The notes beneath the pieces are model-generated. The model saw only the letters and a list, made by a program, of their open reading frames with translations. It ran no database searches and had not been told where the DNA came from. Positions 27,571 through 40,791 of a stretch of DNA of 64,000 nucleotides are shown piece after piece; the first letter of the stretch is position 1, and every line of letters starts with the position of its first letter. A program made the translations under genes and the position numbers. Source of the DNA: Eledone cirrhosa (Eukaryota); the NCBI GenBank assembly GCA_964016885.1, contig OZ024743.1:246078001-246142000 (forward strand). The letters run 5' to 3'.

Positions 27571-30500
27571 ATTCCGGAGCCTTATTTCTAGTACCAAACC
27601 CATAGATACAATTAATTATTGCTAGGATCCTTATTGTGTGTGTGTGTTAGAAGCCCATTGGTTACGACGGAGTGTGTGCTAGCTGATTTGATCAACGAAA
27701 AAGCCTGCCTGTGAAATTAACGTGCAAGTGGCTGAGCATTCCACAGACTCGTGTATCCTTAATGTAATTCTCAAGAAGATTCAGCATGATACAGGATGTG
27801 AATTAATTGGTACAACTTATTTTTGTCAGCCGAGTGGACTGGAGCAAAGGGAAATAAAGTGTTTTGCTCAAGAATGCAATGCGCTGCCGGGATCCTACTC
27901 ATCGCATTACGGACATGAGCTGAACACCTAACCACTAAGCCATGCACCTTTACATATATCTTTACAGCCTTAACATCTAGCACCATATTTTGAAGTCATA
28001 ATTACTAAATCATTGGTACAACAGTTAAGGGACATGGCATGGTGGTTAGAGAATTGCGTTTACAGTTTTAAGGTCGTGGTTTCTATTCCTAGACAATGTT
28101 GTTGGGTAAGCACTTAATTTCACATTGCTTATGTCCTTGAACAAGGCACTTTCTTTCATATTCCTTCAGTTCATTCAGCTGAAAATGAGTACCAACAACA
28201 GTTGGTCATTAGCCTGTAGCAAGGCGGTCAGCAGTGAAATAAAAAGGTGTATAAGAAATCAGAAGGTGTTTTGATTGAACAAACAGAATCTATTAAATCA
28301 TGTGTGACAAGCATGACTAATGCAGAATATGTGTGAATGTAACAAATTATGCGTGTGATAAAGATGGTGCATTGTTATGTGAGAATGTACATCCACAAAG
28401 GTCTATGTGAGCAGATCAGTGGAAAATAATGTCCAAGTCCATGAGTGTTGCAAATATTAGCTTTTATTTAGTCACATTGAAGAAGTAAAAAGTCATTGCT
28501 TCGAATACGAACAATGTCATGTTGCGGCATATGAAATGTGTCAGCTAGTGGTGCCCTGAGTTGCTGTTGGCAATAGGAGAAGGAGCGCTGGACATGTCTT
28601 GGCAGGCCGGAAATCTGGCAGCAACTGAACTGTTCGGTTTAAGTTTTCGCGCCCTTCACACTTGGGCGGACGTGATGTCACCAAGCCTTTGTGCATGTAT
28701 TCACTAAAGCCTTACTACGGATTGGCGTCATTTGCAGAAGCGGGGTACTATCATGTGACCAGGATAAGCTCTGACTTGATGAGCCCCTAGGCTTGAGACC
28801 GACTTTAAGCTCTGGCTTTTGTCTAACCCGTGCACGCATGGATGAATGATGACCCTTTCTGACTGGTACAATATATCAAATATCTATGGGTTGTTAGTGT
28901 CACTAAAATAGGAATTATCTGAACTATGACATGGATCTCTCTTGATTTCAACGATTAATATTCATATTGATCAACTGAATTACTTCCTCATTGAATAAAC
29001 GTGGAGGTGGCTGAATATTCCACAGATCCTTAATGTAATTCGCAACTAGAATCAGTATGGCACTATATGTGACAAGACAGGCCTTTGTATTTACAGGTAC
29101 GATCAATCTAATGAGCTTCCAAACAGTTTCAGTCTCCCCAGTTTCATAAGGCTTGGGTCAACTCAAGGCTATGGTTGAAGACACTTTTCCAAGATGCCGC
29201 ACAGTGGGATTGAACCTGAAACCTTATGATTTCGAAGCAGACTTCATAATCCTTTGGTCATGCTGCATCCAGTCAAGATTTATAGCAATACAGTTAAATT
29301 TTACATTGGTTATAATCTGTAACTCTTTCATATTTAAAGAGACAACTGTTAATTCTAAACAGGCAAGTCGTTAACCTATAACAGAGTATTAGCCTGTGTT
29401 ATACGTACTTATTAACTTCTGCCATTCACACATGTTACACCTCTAACATATACTGTTACCTTCTGTTATATTCACCTATTAACCTCTGACATATACACCT
29501 ATTAAAACTGTGACATATACGCCTCTTAAAACTCTAATACACTGTTACCTTCTAGTACGCATGCCTCTAACAGATACATACACATGTAACTTGGGAGCCT
29601 CTACATGATCATTCAACCTGCTAGAAATAAGAGTCCCACCCCCCACACTTAAATCAAACACTATTCCCCAGAAGATTTTATGATCATGACTGGAATACCT
29701 TCGATATGAAGTGGTACCTGGGTATTCTACACCCTAGGTTAACTCTACAATATGCACTCCTTTCTTCCAAATAAAATAATTTCAATTCACAGTTTGGTAA
29801 GCTGACAAATCTAGTTTTTGACACTTCTGGCTCTAACATTATGAAAATTACTAAGCCTGCATTTCCCCCCCTCACCCACGCCAAATCATGTTACAGGTCA
29901 TGAACCCATCTGCCGCTTTGCCTGTTTCCACAATGCTGCTACACGGAAAAGATTGTTTTATGATTTATTTTTGATCTCATGAAATTATATATTTAATTCA
30001 ACTATACAAATTTGTATAAAACTATACAATCTTTTATGGTTTGGCAATGTGCTTTCCTGGGGTGTAAGCCTTAGATAGCTGCCTAGTTAGACCTGATGGT
30101 GGCACTAGCCTTGATTGCAATGTAACAAGCGTCCTAATAAGTCTGTCAGGGCACCAGTCTATTTAGAATGAATCTCTACCATCCTCAGACCTCATAGTGC
30201 TTCTATGTGATTGTGGCCGACACCCGACTCATTCTACATACATAGATATATTATTCATATAAACATTAAATTGTCCCACTAGATAGTCGTAGATGTATTA
30301 TGTTAAACGTCCTGTTTGTCTTTTATTATTGAAAGCACCAACATTAGCTGAGATTAAAAAAAAAAACGAAATTACAAGGGAAAGAATCGTTTTGTTTGTT
30401 AAACTACGTAACGCGGTGGGTTTTAATTTCAGAGAATGAAAATTGAAAGGAATTTAAACAAACTTTCGTCTTTTACCCTTTAATAATCCTGTAAATATGA

Positions 30501-31329
30501 AAATTAATCTCTGTTATATTTCATTTACAATAGCCATTGAAATGGTGTTTATACTGAAGGCTATCATATTTACTGCGTATATCTGGATTAATTTACAAAT
30601 TATACATACGCTTTTTCCTAAACATTGGAAACAAGAGAGAAATTCTAACACATTGTTAGGGCGTTTACTATGTATGAAATAATTCAGCAAGAATTTTTTA
30701 TTTTTTTATTTTTATAAAGAAAATATAGAGTAGAAGACGGCAAATTACAACAGTTGCTAGAATGTCTCATAGAATGCTGTGCTGTATTCCGACTCCCTGT
30801 GCTCTGAGTGCAAATCTCATCGAGGTCAACTTTGTCTTCATCCTTTTGAGGTCGATAAAAAGTTCCAGTCCAGTACTGGGTGTCTTTCTCCATTCCTCTT
30901 TATCACTCTCACTCCTCCCCTGGAAGAAATGAGCTGTGTTCAAACCTGGAGTGTGATGGACTTCGCCAGGTTTTAAATGCCTAAGTCACGCTGTTGGCAA
31001 CTCCGGTGCACCATACAACTCAAAAGAACAGCTTGCTTGTGAAAATGATGTGCAATTGGCAAAGCATTCCACAGACACGTGCACCTTTAACATAGTTCCC
31101 AGGGAGATTCGGTGTGAAATGGTGAATGACAAAGCTATCCTTTGAAATACAGGTACAACTTATTTTCACCAGCTGAGTGAACAGAAACAATTTGAAATAA
31201 AGTATTTTGCTCAAGAACACAACGCACTGCTGGGAATCGAACTCAAACCTTACGATTGTGAGCTGAACCCTAACCACTTAGCCATACGTCTTCTCAGACT
31301 ACCCTCAAACACTACCATCCCACAACCTT

Positions 31330-31660
31330 ACGCCTGAAAACATAAGAAAAAAAACATAAAAAGACACAGTAGAGCAATATAGAAACCCGCACACAAGACA
31401 CACATTCACAGGCGAAAACGCAAGCGCATGCGCAAACAAGAAAACGTAACACAAAAACACGATGGAGTAAACAAAATAAGACCAGAAAGAAAAGGAGACA
31501 CAGGAAAGAAGAACAAATAGTCATTGAGGAAGTCAAAGAATGTGTAACGAAAGAGCTTTGACAAACTAACTAATAATTAATAATAAAGCTGAAGTGAAAG
31601 TCAAATAGTGCGTGTGTTTTTATTGGCAAAATTAGCAATGTGACTATCCCCAAAATAACA
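31330..31660 (+). mobile_element. Degenerate solo PLE terminal repeat with a decayed hammerhead (31520-31562)
   Basis: It shares GCGCATGCGCA, GTCA-TTGAGGA..GAAAGAGCTT-TGAC and GCGTGTGTTTTTATTGGCAA with the PLE 3' region 58140-58528. Confidence 0.55.
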
Positions 31661-31795
31661 TTATTTCTTTCTGTAGCGCATATACAAATAGATGTGTGTT
31701 TTGGTGGTTTGGGGGAAGGGGGACATAGCCCCACCAGTTCCACCGCCCCTGATAAATATATATTTTTTATACTCACATACACCTATATAATATAT

Positions 31796-32143
31796 GGAGG
31801 CACATGGCTTAGTGGTTAGAGCATTGGCCTTGCAATCGAAAGGTTGTGAGTTCAATTCTCAGACCGGGTGATGTGTTGTTTCCTTGAGCAAGACACTTTA
31901 TTTCACATTGCTTCAGTTTACTCAGCTGTAGAAATGAGATGATAGGGACTGGGTTCCCTATCATTCCACTGCAAAGTGGTTGTGGAGGTGTCACGGCAAA
32001 AAAGCACCCAGCACTCACTGTAAATGAGGTTGGTGTTAGGAAGGGCATCCAGCTGTAGAAATCAAGCCAGAATCAGTTCCCGTCCCACCCTTGCAAGCAG
32101 GGAAAAGTGGACGTAAAATGAAATGATGATGATGATGATGATG
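31796..32143 (+). mobile_element. tRNA-headed SINE with RTE-derived 3' tail
   Basis: A box and B box in the head, then GGTTGGTGTTAGGAAGGGCATCCAGCTGTAGAAA shared with the RTE 3' UTR, and a (GAT)n tail. Confidence 0.88.
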
Positions 32144-32554
32144 TGTGTTTATATCTGTATTTTTGACCGTTGGTCAGTCAATGATGAGCATTGAGGACCA
32201 AATGAATTAACTGTAGAGATATAAAAGATTCAGAAGCGAAAACCAACCAAACAGTGAGTGTGTTCTGTTATTATTTCTAGCAATATTATTACAACAATAT
32301 GACCCTCCCCAAGTATAACAATATTTGTTTCGACACGATTTCATATAAAAAAACTTCGCAAAACAAATTCATATTTATGTGTGTGTGTGTATGTATGTGT
32401 ACAAAGAGCGGGAGTGTTACTGTATATATATAGGCTAGAATTATACTATTATATGTGTGAGTTATAAGTACGTACGGATAGGCTTTAAGTGAGTAAACAT
32501 CTCTTTTGATTACATCCCAACAGCAGTTGTCTTTTAAATATTTAGGCTATTTCA

Positions 32555-32990
32555 ATTAGTCTTCCTCAAGACTACTACTAAATTCAGGCCAGATGTATGA
32601 TGTAGCCCCTTCCCTTCCCCCAAGACTAGTAATAGGCACAGACCAGATGTATGATGTAGCCCCTTCCCCTTTCTCAAGACCCAGACCAGATATAAGATTT
32701 AGTCCCCCTCCTCCTTCCTCAAGACTAGTAATAAACCCAGGCCAGATGTAAGATGTAGCCCTCCTCTTCCACATGACTAGTAATAGGCACGGTCCAGATG
32801 TAAAATGTAGCTCCTTTCCTTTCCTCAAGACTAGTAATAAACACAGGCAAGATGTAAGATGTAACCCCTCCTCCTTCCTTAACTCTAGTAATAAACCCAG
32901 ATGTACGATGTAGCCCCGTCCCTTTCCTCAAAACTAGTCGTAGATATAAGATGTAATCCTCCCCAATACTGGTAATAGGCTTTTGTCAGA
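32555..32990 (+). repeat. About 52-bp minisatellite (CAAGACTAGTAATAGGCACAGACCAGATGTATGATGTAGCCCCTCC..)
   Basis: About 8 diverged tandem copies are visible. Confidence 0.85.
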
Positions 32991-33252
32991 TGTAAACCGT
33001 AAGCCTCATCTTGAAATATTCATTAAGTATTTTAGTAATTGGGTTACTAAAGGTGCATGGCTTAGTGGTTAGAGCATTAGGTTCACCGTCGTGAGGTTGT
33101 GAGTTCGATTTCCGAACTGGGCAGTGCGTTATGTCCTTGAGCAAGACACTTTATTTCACGTTTCTCCAGTTCATTCAGCTGTAGAAATGAGTTGCGACAT
33201 CATATATAGTATATATATATATAAGAGCTTCTACAGGACTAGAACTGTTCCA

Positions 33253-33305
33253 GGGCTTCCTGATGATTTATCACGAATGAAACAGTTCTAGTCCCGTAGA
33301 AGCTC
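33253..33305 (+). ncRNA. Type I hammerhead ribozyme motif inside a short inverted repeat
   Basis: GGGCTTC-CTGATGA-[TTTATCACGAAT]-GAAAC-AGTTCTAGTCCC-GTA^GAAGCTC. Stem I is 7 bp and stem II is weak. The inverted arm 33224-33249 keeps the CTGTA version of stem III. Confidence 0.75.
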
Positions 33306-33404
33306 TTCTATATTAAAACTTTTATACTCTGCTATGTATTGAGTACCTTACTTACTGTGGTTACCTCCGATTCAACCGGAATAACTTATATATATATATA
33401 TATC

Positions 33405-34830
33405 AGTGTTGAACACCCCAACGAAGAAGGGTCACTTGCCCTCCTCGACTTCCGCATCAACGTCACGGAACAGGGAAGGATCCACTGCAACTTCTACCGA
33501 AAGGGAGCCTGCAGGGACCTGTTCGTTCACTACAAGTCCGCCCTCCCTAACAGTGCCAAAAGAGGATACATCACGAACGAGATCGCGCGAATCAAAAACA
33601 GATGCAGCGATCCTGCGAGTGGTGTCACTCATACCAAGTGATTCCTCGAGGTGCTGGAGACGAACGGGTACCCTACCTCGATCACAGACAGAATAGGAGA
33701 CACCAAACACAAGAGACAGAGAGGCACCCAAGGCAAGTACTTCCTTAAAATGCCACGCCTGGGCGAGAATACCACCAACGCTATCCGCAAGGCTATACGG
33801 AGGGAGGGCCTCGACATCCACCTGGCCCACTCGGGCCCCTCCCTGCGAAGATGCCTCTCCAAGAAACCCGGGAAATCTACTGACGCATGCTCCCTCAGAG
33901 ACTGCCCAATACGCCATGCGAACTGTTGCCTACGCACATACATCGTGTATAAGATAGAATGTGACAGGTGCAACCAATACTACATAGGTAGCACCATCCG
34001 GATCAAGGAACACACTAAAACCAGGGCCTTGTCTTTCCGGAAACACATAGACAAATGCGGAAACAAAGACGGAAGGCCCATTGTCACAATTCTAGCGACT
34101 GAAAGAAACGTCGGCACGTTATGTATCAAGGAAGCGCTTTTTATCAAACGCCTGCAACCGCAAATAAACAACCGATTAGAGAGAAGCGAAATGAGATGGC
34201 TGGTTTAAGTTAACAAACGATGTAGCAACACACAACACACGCACACACAAACGAGACAACTACACACACACAGTAGCATTCCACCATACGAACATACTAC
34301 ACTGCCAATACAGAGGAACAAGGCAACAACACACACACTCAAGCGAGACAACAACACACGCACACACACACACAGTAACATTTAACAAACAGGCAGAGAA
34401 TGGACTGACAGCTAGCGCCACCCCACTCCCTCATTCGGCCGCTGACCTCTGCCCGACCGACCCCATTTCACGCGCACGCGCGCTCTGCCGAATACCTCAG
34501 ATATTCAAAACAACAAACAGCGGAGGACGCGTTTCGCACCTGTCCGACAGACAACCTTTACCCCGGAAAAAAGCCCCAGTTGATGGATGTGAATCCGAAA
34601 TATATAGGGACTGTTAAATCTCTCCCAAGGTAACTCTCTCTTGTGTTGTTATTTTAATTTTATCCTTTATACTCTTCCCTTCTTTCTTCTACACATTTAC
34701 ATATCTTATACACACCACGCATCTCAACGTACACCCACTTACATCTCTCTCTCCACCACCGGATCTTGTTACCCGGAGATTTACCCATTTGCATTGTCGA
34801 GGCTTCCAAACGACTTAAAGATATTTACAT
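33405..34830 (+). mobile_element. Penelope-like element, 5'-truncated (RT thumb, GIY-YIG endonuclease, 3' repeat)
   Basis: LDFRI..FYRK..HYKSALP, then IVYKIECDRCNQYYIGSTIR..EALFIKRLQPQIN. It is flanked by (TA)n. A decayed hammerhead lies at 34572-34613 (CCC-CAGTTGA-TGGATGTGAATCC-GAAATATATA-GGG). Confidence 0.9.
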
Positions 34831-36544
34831 ATATATATATATATATATATATATAGTGTATACAGTTTATGTATAGTTGTGATTTCATCGGTGCCAAGTC
34901 GTATCGGCCTTTGCCTCTCCCTTGGACAACATCGGTGGCCTAGAGACTAGAGACTGGCACCGGCGACTGCTGGTCTTCCACAAAAATACATTCCTCGAGA
35001 TTGTGCATCGGAAGTGTGTGTGGGGGGGGGGGCTTTCTAGGTGCAAAATCCATGGTCATTTATGATTACTGGTATATACTTTTTACATGTACATGCAGTG
35101 TACATGTTTAGCAGAAATTTAAGATGTTTGAATATATAACAGAAAAGGATGTTTAGTTAGTTGTTGGATGTCGCCACGAAAGCAGATGAATCTTTAATAT
35201 AGTTGTTGTTGGCAAGTGAGTAAGTGAAGATTATCTCAGTGAGTCGAGAGAAGCTATGTCCTATTTAAGGGAACGAAAACTGTACTCAATTGTTGTGGTG
35301 AAATTTTCCTATATCACGTCAGAAGAAATATTTTTAGTATGTGTGCAGATTCAATGGTGGCAGAAATATCAGAAGGCTGTTTAAACATTTCTACAAAGGG
35401 TTTATTTTCAACCGTAAAAAATTACAATAATATGCTGCCGACATGCCACATGAGTAAGTGGAACAAAAATGAAGTGTTGGAAGAAAGCGGTTGGTCCCTT
35501 GCCGATAGGGCCAAAGTTTCTTTTTTAACGTTACATCTTGCTAGTATCGACACGGGAACATAAATAGGTCTTGTCTTCTCAAAGTGAATGTAGCAACTGT
35601 CTGAAGTAAAAGAAAAGAAGCGCGATTTTTTTTTAGCTGGGTGGAAGTTGTTTCTTGGTATTTCTGCGCCGCCGGTTTAGAGGCCCAGCGATTTACCAAG
35701 CACAACCGAATTGCTCTGCCGCGGCAAGCAGTGCATTTGCTTACTACACATGTACATGAGGTACTTTCAAGAAAAAGAACAAAATAAATGAACTAGAATC
35801 TGAGGTTAGTCGGTCCCCTCAAAAATGTAGGCCCGTGCCAACTGGCCCACAACTCGACCATCAACTCTGCAAGAAGGAAAACAGATGTTAAATGACGACG
35901 ACGACGACGACGACGATGATGATGATGAGGATGATGATGATGGTGATGATGATCCTAACCATTATCCTATTGTTTTTGTTTTTCAAAAGAATCTCTTTTA
36001 TTCAAACAATTACTAACATGGTTAGCAATAAACCACCTCAGGTCATTCCCTATCGTAATCTTGGTTAGTTATTTCTCCCTCCCCTCTCTCTATCTCTCTC
36101 TGTACAACCTCCTCTCGCTCCTCTCATTACATCTCACTTTCTCCATTCTCCTCCTCCCCACCTTCTCCATCACATAATATTTTCCTTCTCCTCCCTCTCC
36201 TCATGCCTCTGTCATTACATGTCTCTCTTTACATCTTCCTACTCCTCCTCTCTAATTACATGTTTCTCTCCACATCCTCTTCCTACTCACCTAACCCCCC
36301 CCCCCTGTCTCTCCATTGGCCACATGCCATAAAATATGTCTTTTGTTTATTCAGCTCAAGTCAACGAGAAGCCATAAACCTGCTGTGGTCACCATTGGTC
36401 TTAATATCAATGTTGACATGACCGAAATACTTGTTACTGCAGTCAACGTCACATCAAATAGAATACAGTTGGAACAAGTTACTAGTCCATGAGCCCTTAA
36501 TTTCTGATGGAGCACATCACTCTCCAGATTGGAACACACCTGAA

Positions 36545-36558
36545 GAATTCGAGAGAGC

Positions 36559-36635
<77 letters not shown>

Positions 36636-36764
36636 TCGACCCAGTATTGAACAGGTACTTTATTTATCAATCTTGATATGATGATTGATAAATAAAGTAC
36701 CAGTTCAATACTGGGTCGATTCTCTCTCACTCTCTCTCTCTCTCACTCACTCACTCTCTCGAAT
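36545..36764. repeat. Local inverted duplication (hairpin) within a SINE and (GA)n tract
   Basis: GAGAATCGACCCAGTATTGAACAGGTACTTTATTTATCAATC and GATTGATAAATAAAGTACCAGTTCAATACTGGGTCGATTCTC, extended by (GA)n/(TC)n. Confidence 0.85.
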
Positions 36765-37044
36765 TGATGATAGGCAAAGTAGACTTCAACACGATTTGGT
36801 TATATATAATATATATTATAAATAGGTTAAATCTATACATATATAATGTATATTGACTAAGTTACTCAACAAAGAAAGCTCAATGAACATGACGCTCAGA
36901 GCATAATTTATATAAATTTAAACGACATACGAAAAAGTCTCTTTCATATATCTGGTTGAGAAATAACTAGTATTATGATATCATATATATGATAACATAT
37001 CATGATAAATAACTTAATGTTCTCACACATAGAACGAATCAAGC

Positions 37045-39330
37045 TATAACTCCTATGTTTTACCGGCGAAGATTCGAAACCGAATCTGACCTTTCTCGCC
37101 TCTGGGACAATCTATCGTTGGAAGTTCTCACCATTGTCTTGTCAAGACAACGATGATAAATGTACATTCCACCTGACCTGTGACCCCAACCTCTTGGGAG
37201 ACGATAACCACAGGGCTGATCATAAATCAACCTCATATCCATCCTTCTAACTTTAGCACTTATTATAAATACAAGGAGTTAAGGAACCCAAGGGCCAGAC
37301 TCGAAGCGGCAGTCAGCAAGTGATAAGCGATGTAGGCATCAGCAGGCCTTTCACTCTATCTTTCTCCTGGCCCCTACTGGCTTATCTCCTCGGCCACCGA
37401 AACAGCCAGACAGCCAGCCATGCCTGCCTGACAGATTGACCACTAGTACTATGAGAATAATATAATCTAAGAATAGGCACACACACACATAGTAAGTTCA
37501 TATTGTTTGCATTATACTCTCATCCTATTCTTTCTGTCATATTGTATCTGCAAGACACAACTCATACTATATCGTCTTCTCTGATATATGCATTCACGTT
37601 GGCTCGTAGAGCTAACAATTTAATGTAGCGACGGTTTATGTCATAAATAATATTGCTCGATGTGATGTGCAAATCGAATATTATTATTGTAAAATAAACA
37701 TTGTTAACAATTCAATCATGACATCATTCTTTTCATCAAAACTACCATACAAAGAACACAACCTATCCGCTACAACCGGTGACCCCGTGAAACGAACACA
37801 ACCTTCTCACTATCCACTACAATTGGTGTTACATTTTATCTGCTACAATTGGTGACCGATACTATCTACTACAACTGGTGACCATCAATTATCTACTACA
37901 AACGGTGACCCGAGAAGCGAATACACAGTCTTCTCACTATCTGCTACAACGGTGACTCGAGAATCGAAACAACAACAGCCTTCTTACTACAAACGATGAT
38001 CCGAGTTAAAATAACAATAGCCTTCTCACCACATAATGGTGAATTCGACGCTTGCAAATCACAAATTTTCACTGCTTCACAAAACTTCACGATTCATCGA
38101 TGTTTCTAACGTCCAACATGATTCAAGCTCACAGCCTTCTCACCGCACTATGGCGTCAGACGTGACGTGCATAATAATGGTGATTCCAAGCTAAGCATAA
38201 ATTTCACTTCAATGCTCGACTTCGATTCTACTGAAGATTTACTGTGACTTCGCTTCGATGCTCTTCAAAATAGTGCCAAACACATCACTGCGAAAACACT
38301 CGAGAAATCACTATGTCATTTTCTTCGATAGCAACAACAACAACAACAACAACGACAACTCTACTAGCTTCCCAGTAAGAACGATAACATTCTTAACCCA
38401 AAGAAAAAAAACAAAGAACTCAGACACTCGAAGAAAAGAAAAACTGAACTTTTTGTTAAAAAACAATTATTTCTTTTTTTACAGACAATGTTTGAACATT
38501 CATTTCTTTTAAACTGTTTTATATGCCTGCATGCACACATTTTTAAAACTATATTATATGCCTGCATGCGCACACATATTTCTTTGTCACACACCAACAT
38601 GTTGTTGTCTATAGTGTATGTTCTTGATTCCTGTGGGGATTCTGCGAGATCGTTTTTCATATGTTCTTCATTCGTGTTGGTATTCTGCGAGATCCCTTTT
38701 CACTTGTTTGAGGTACAGAAACATGCTATCGACACATGCAGCTTAATTCACCTGGGCACACACAGGACCGCAACACGAGAATTGCTAATTTCATCTGGAT
38801 TCACTCAGCTTCGCATCTCGTTGCACACTCATCCTCCTATAGCATAAAAACTTCAATCTTGTCACTTTACCCGACTCACTGGGAAAGCATTCATAGAACT
38901 GGACCTGTCACGAGTTCCCACCGTTTCTCCGACGGACTCGCCAACAACTTCCCCGACTCATTGGGAAAGTATCATACGAATTATGCATCGAGAGCGACCC
39001 CGCACGCCAAGACATACCTATCTTAGGCTCACACACACACCTTGATCGTTCGATCCTTAGCTTTCTCACTAGAAGGAGGGTACTATAACGGAATACTCCT
39101 ATGTTTTACCGGCGAAGATTCGGAACCGAATCTGACCTTTCTCGCCTCTGGGACAATCTATCGTTGGAAGTTCTCACCACTGTCTTGTCAAGACAACGAT
39201 GATAAATGTACATTCCACCTGACCTGTGACCCCAACCTCTTGGGAGACGATAACCACAGGGCTGATCATAAATCAATCATTGTTCTTTTCATCAAAACTA
39301 CCATACAAAGAACACAACCTATCCGCTACA
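37045..39330 (+). mobile_element. Non-autonomous LTR retrotransposon (Gypsy-like ends)
   Basis: 5' LTR 37045-37774 and an internally deleted 3' LTR 39084-39330, both TATAAC..CGCTACA. PBS-like ACCGGTGACCCCG at 37775, PPT AGAAGGAGGG at 39071-39080, and 4-bp TSD AAGC (37041-37044 and 39331-39334). No gag or pol was recognised. Confidence 0.85.
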
Positions 39331-39682
39331 AAGCCAAGATTGTCTAAAGTTCACTTACATGGCCGTTTCATGATAAATTCCAGAATATGATGCCTATAAT
39401 CAATCTAATGATTGGGCTCAATCACCAATCATCCGTCTTAGTAACAGGCATTACCAAGACTAATTTCCCTCTGTACATTAGCTAATCTACCGCCCAAGGA
39501 AGACAATCGAATAAAACCAATATCTCATATATAGTAAGACCTATTTATCATTATAACTGTGTACGTGGTACCAGTTGTTTCTCAACTAGATATATGAAAG
39601 GCACTTTTTCGTATATCGTTTAAATATATATATATTATAGAGAGAGACAGAGATTTTCATTTTTATTATGGCTAAAAAGTGG

Positions 39683-39730
39683 GTCTTGTTACTCTGGAGG
39701 TTTCGCCAGTTTATCACAGAGTCATCAGAC
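39683..39730 (-). ncRNA. Hammerhead core motif with weakened stems, in hairpin 39640-39805
   Basis: Minus strand GT-CTGATGA-CTCTGTGATAAACTGGC-GAAAC-CTCCAGA-GTA^ACAAGAC. The plus arm carries the 3' half, CCTGATAAACAGGC-GAAACTCCAAAGTA. Confidence 0.55.
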
Positions 39731-40010
39731 CTGATAAACAGGCGAAACTCCAAAGTAACAAAACTCACCTTTTAGCCTTAATAATAATGAATATTAAAAC
39801 TCTACTTCGGTATTGAGTACTCCTTTCTCTCAACCGTCAACCACATACTGATATATATATATATATTATGTTTAGACAACAGAACGTGTGCATAAGATAT
39901 AGGCGTCCTGTCGAATTTATGACAGCATTTAATTAGCTCAATGCTTGAAAGCAGAGCCGTTATATGAAACAAAAACAAAGAGCGCTTACATCATCAATTA
40001 ATCTTTATTT

Positions 40011-40055
40011 GCTGACAGTGTTTCGTCCTTGCATAATTGCAGGACTCATCAGAGC
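40011..40055 (-). ncRNA. Minimal type I hammerhead ribozyme (left arm of IR 39962-40740)
   Basis: Minus strand GCT-CTGATGA-GTCCTGCAATTATGCAAGGAC-GAAAC-ACT-GTC^AGC. Confidence 0.85.
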
Positions 40056-40646
40056 GTTATAAAGAGGAATTAGATCAATAGTATAAACTCTACCGAGAAC
40101 GATCCATGTGTAGCACAGAGGACTAAGAAGAGTGGGATGCTTGGACGACGCGTCACCGCTAGAAGTCGATACATTTAAGACCAAAATCAGTTACAATAAT
40201 TAGAGATAGGGAAAAATAAAAGATAAGGAAGTTAAAGATAAGAGATAAAACATAAAGGGTAGAGTCTAGAAGTAAGGATGAAATAAAGATAACAATAAAG
40301 TGATGATAATATAAGAAAATATAAAAAAATAATAAAAAATAATAAAAAATAATAAAAAATAATAAAAAATAATAAAAAATAATAAAAATAAAAATGAGAA
40401 TAAAATATGAAGGTGATAAAAATAAAGATAAAAATAAAAATGAAACATAAAAGAACATTATATAAGCAATGCAAATAAATGTAAACAAATGTAGTTGTTG
40501 ACAGTAAAGGATTTCAGAGGTGACAGTTTAAGAATAATATTAACGAAAGTGAATGATGTAGGCAGAGTCAGATATAGCGGGAGCCAGATAAAGCGATCAT
40601 ATAGGTCGGTAGAGTTTATACTATTGATCTAATCCCTCTTTATAAC

Positions 40647-40691
40647 GCTCTGATGAGTCCTGCAATTATGCAAGGACGAAACACCGTCAGC
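40647..40691 (+). ncRNA. Minimal type I hammerhead ribozyme (right arm of IR 39962-40740)
   Basis: GCT-CTGATGA-GTCC.TGCA-ATTA-TGCA.A.GGAC-GAAAC-ACC-GTC^AGC. Confidence 0.85.
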
Positions 40692-40756
40692 AAATAAAGA
40701 TTAATTAATGATGTAAGCGCTCTTTGTTTTTGCTTCATATATATATATATATATAT

Positions 40757-40791
<35 letters not shown>

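Noticed and set aside
28540-28850. CpG-enriched patch with CCGGAA, GGGCGG and ATTGG motifs considered as a promoter
   Set aside because: No associated exon was found, and short motifs alone are insufficient.
31796-31875. tRNA gene
   Set aside because: It is a SINE head that continues into a multicopy body and RTE tail, and no full cloverleaf was supported.
32170-32320. GTCA-ATGATGA..AATGAAT with a tail resembling 58500-58528
   Set aside because: It is probably a PLE terminus relic, but both core halves are mutated, so it is too degraded to count.
34520-34545. Minus-strand GCGAAACGCGTC, a hammerhead 3' half look-alike
   Set aside because: No CUGANGA lies upstream on that strand.
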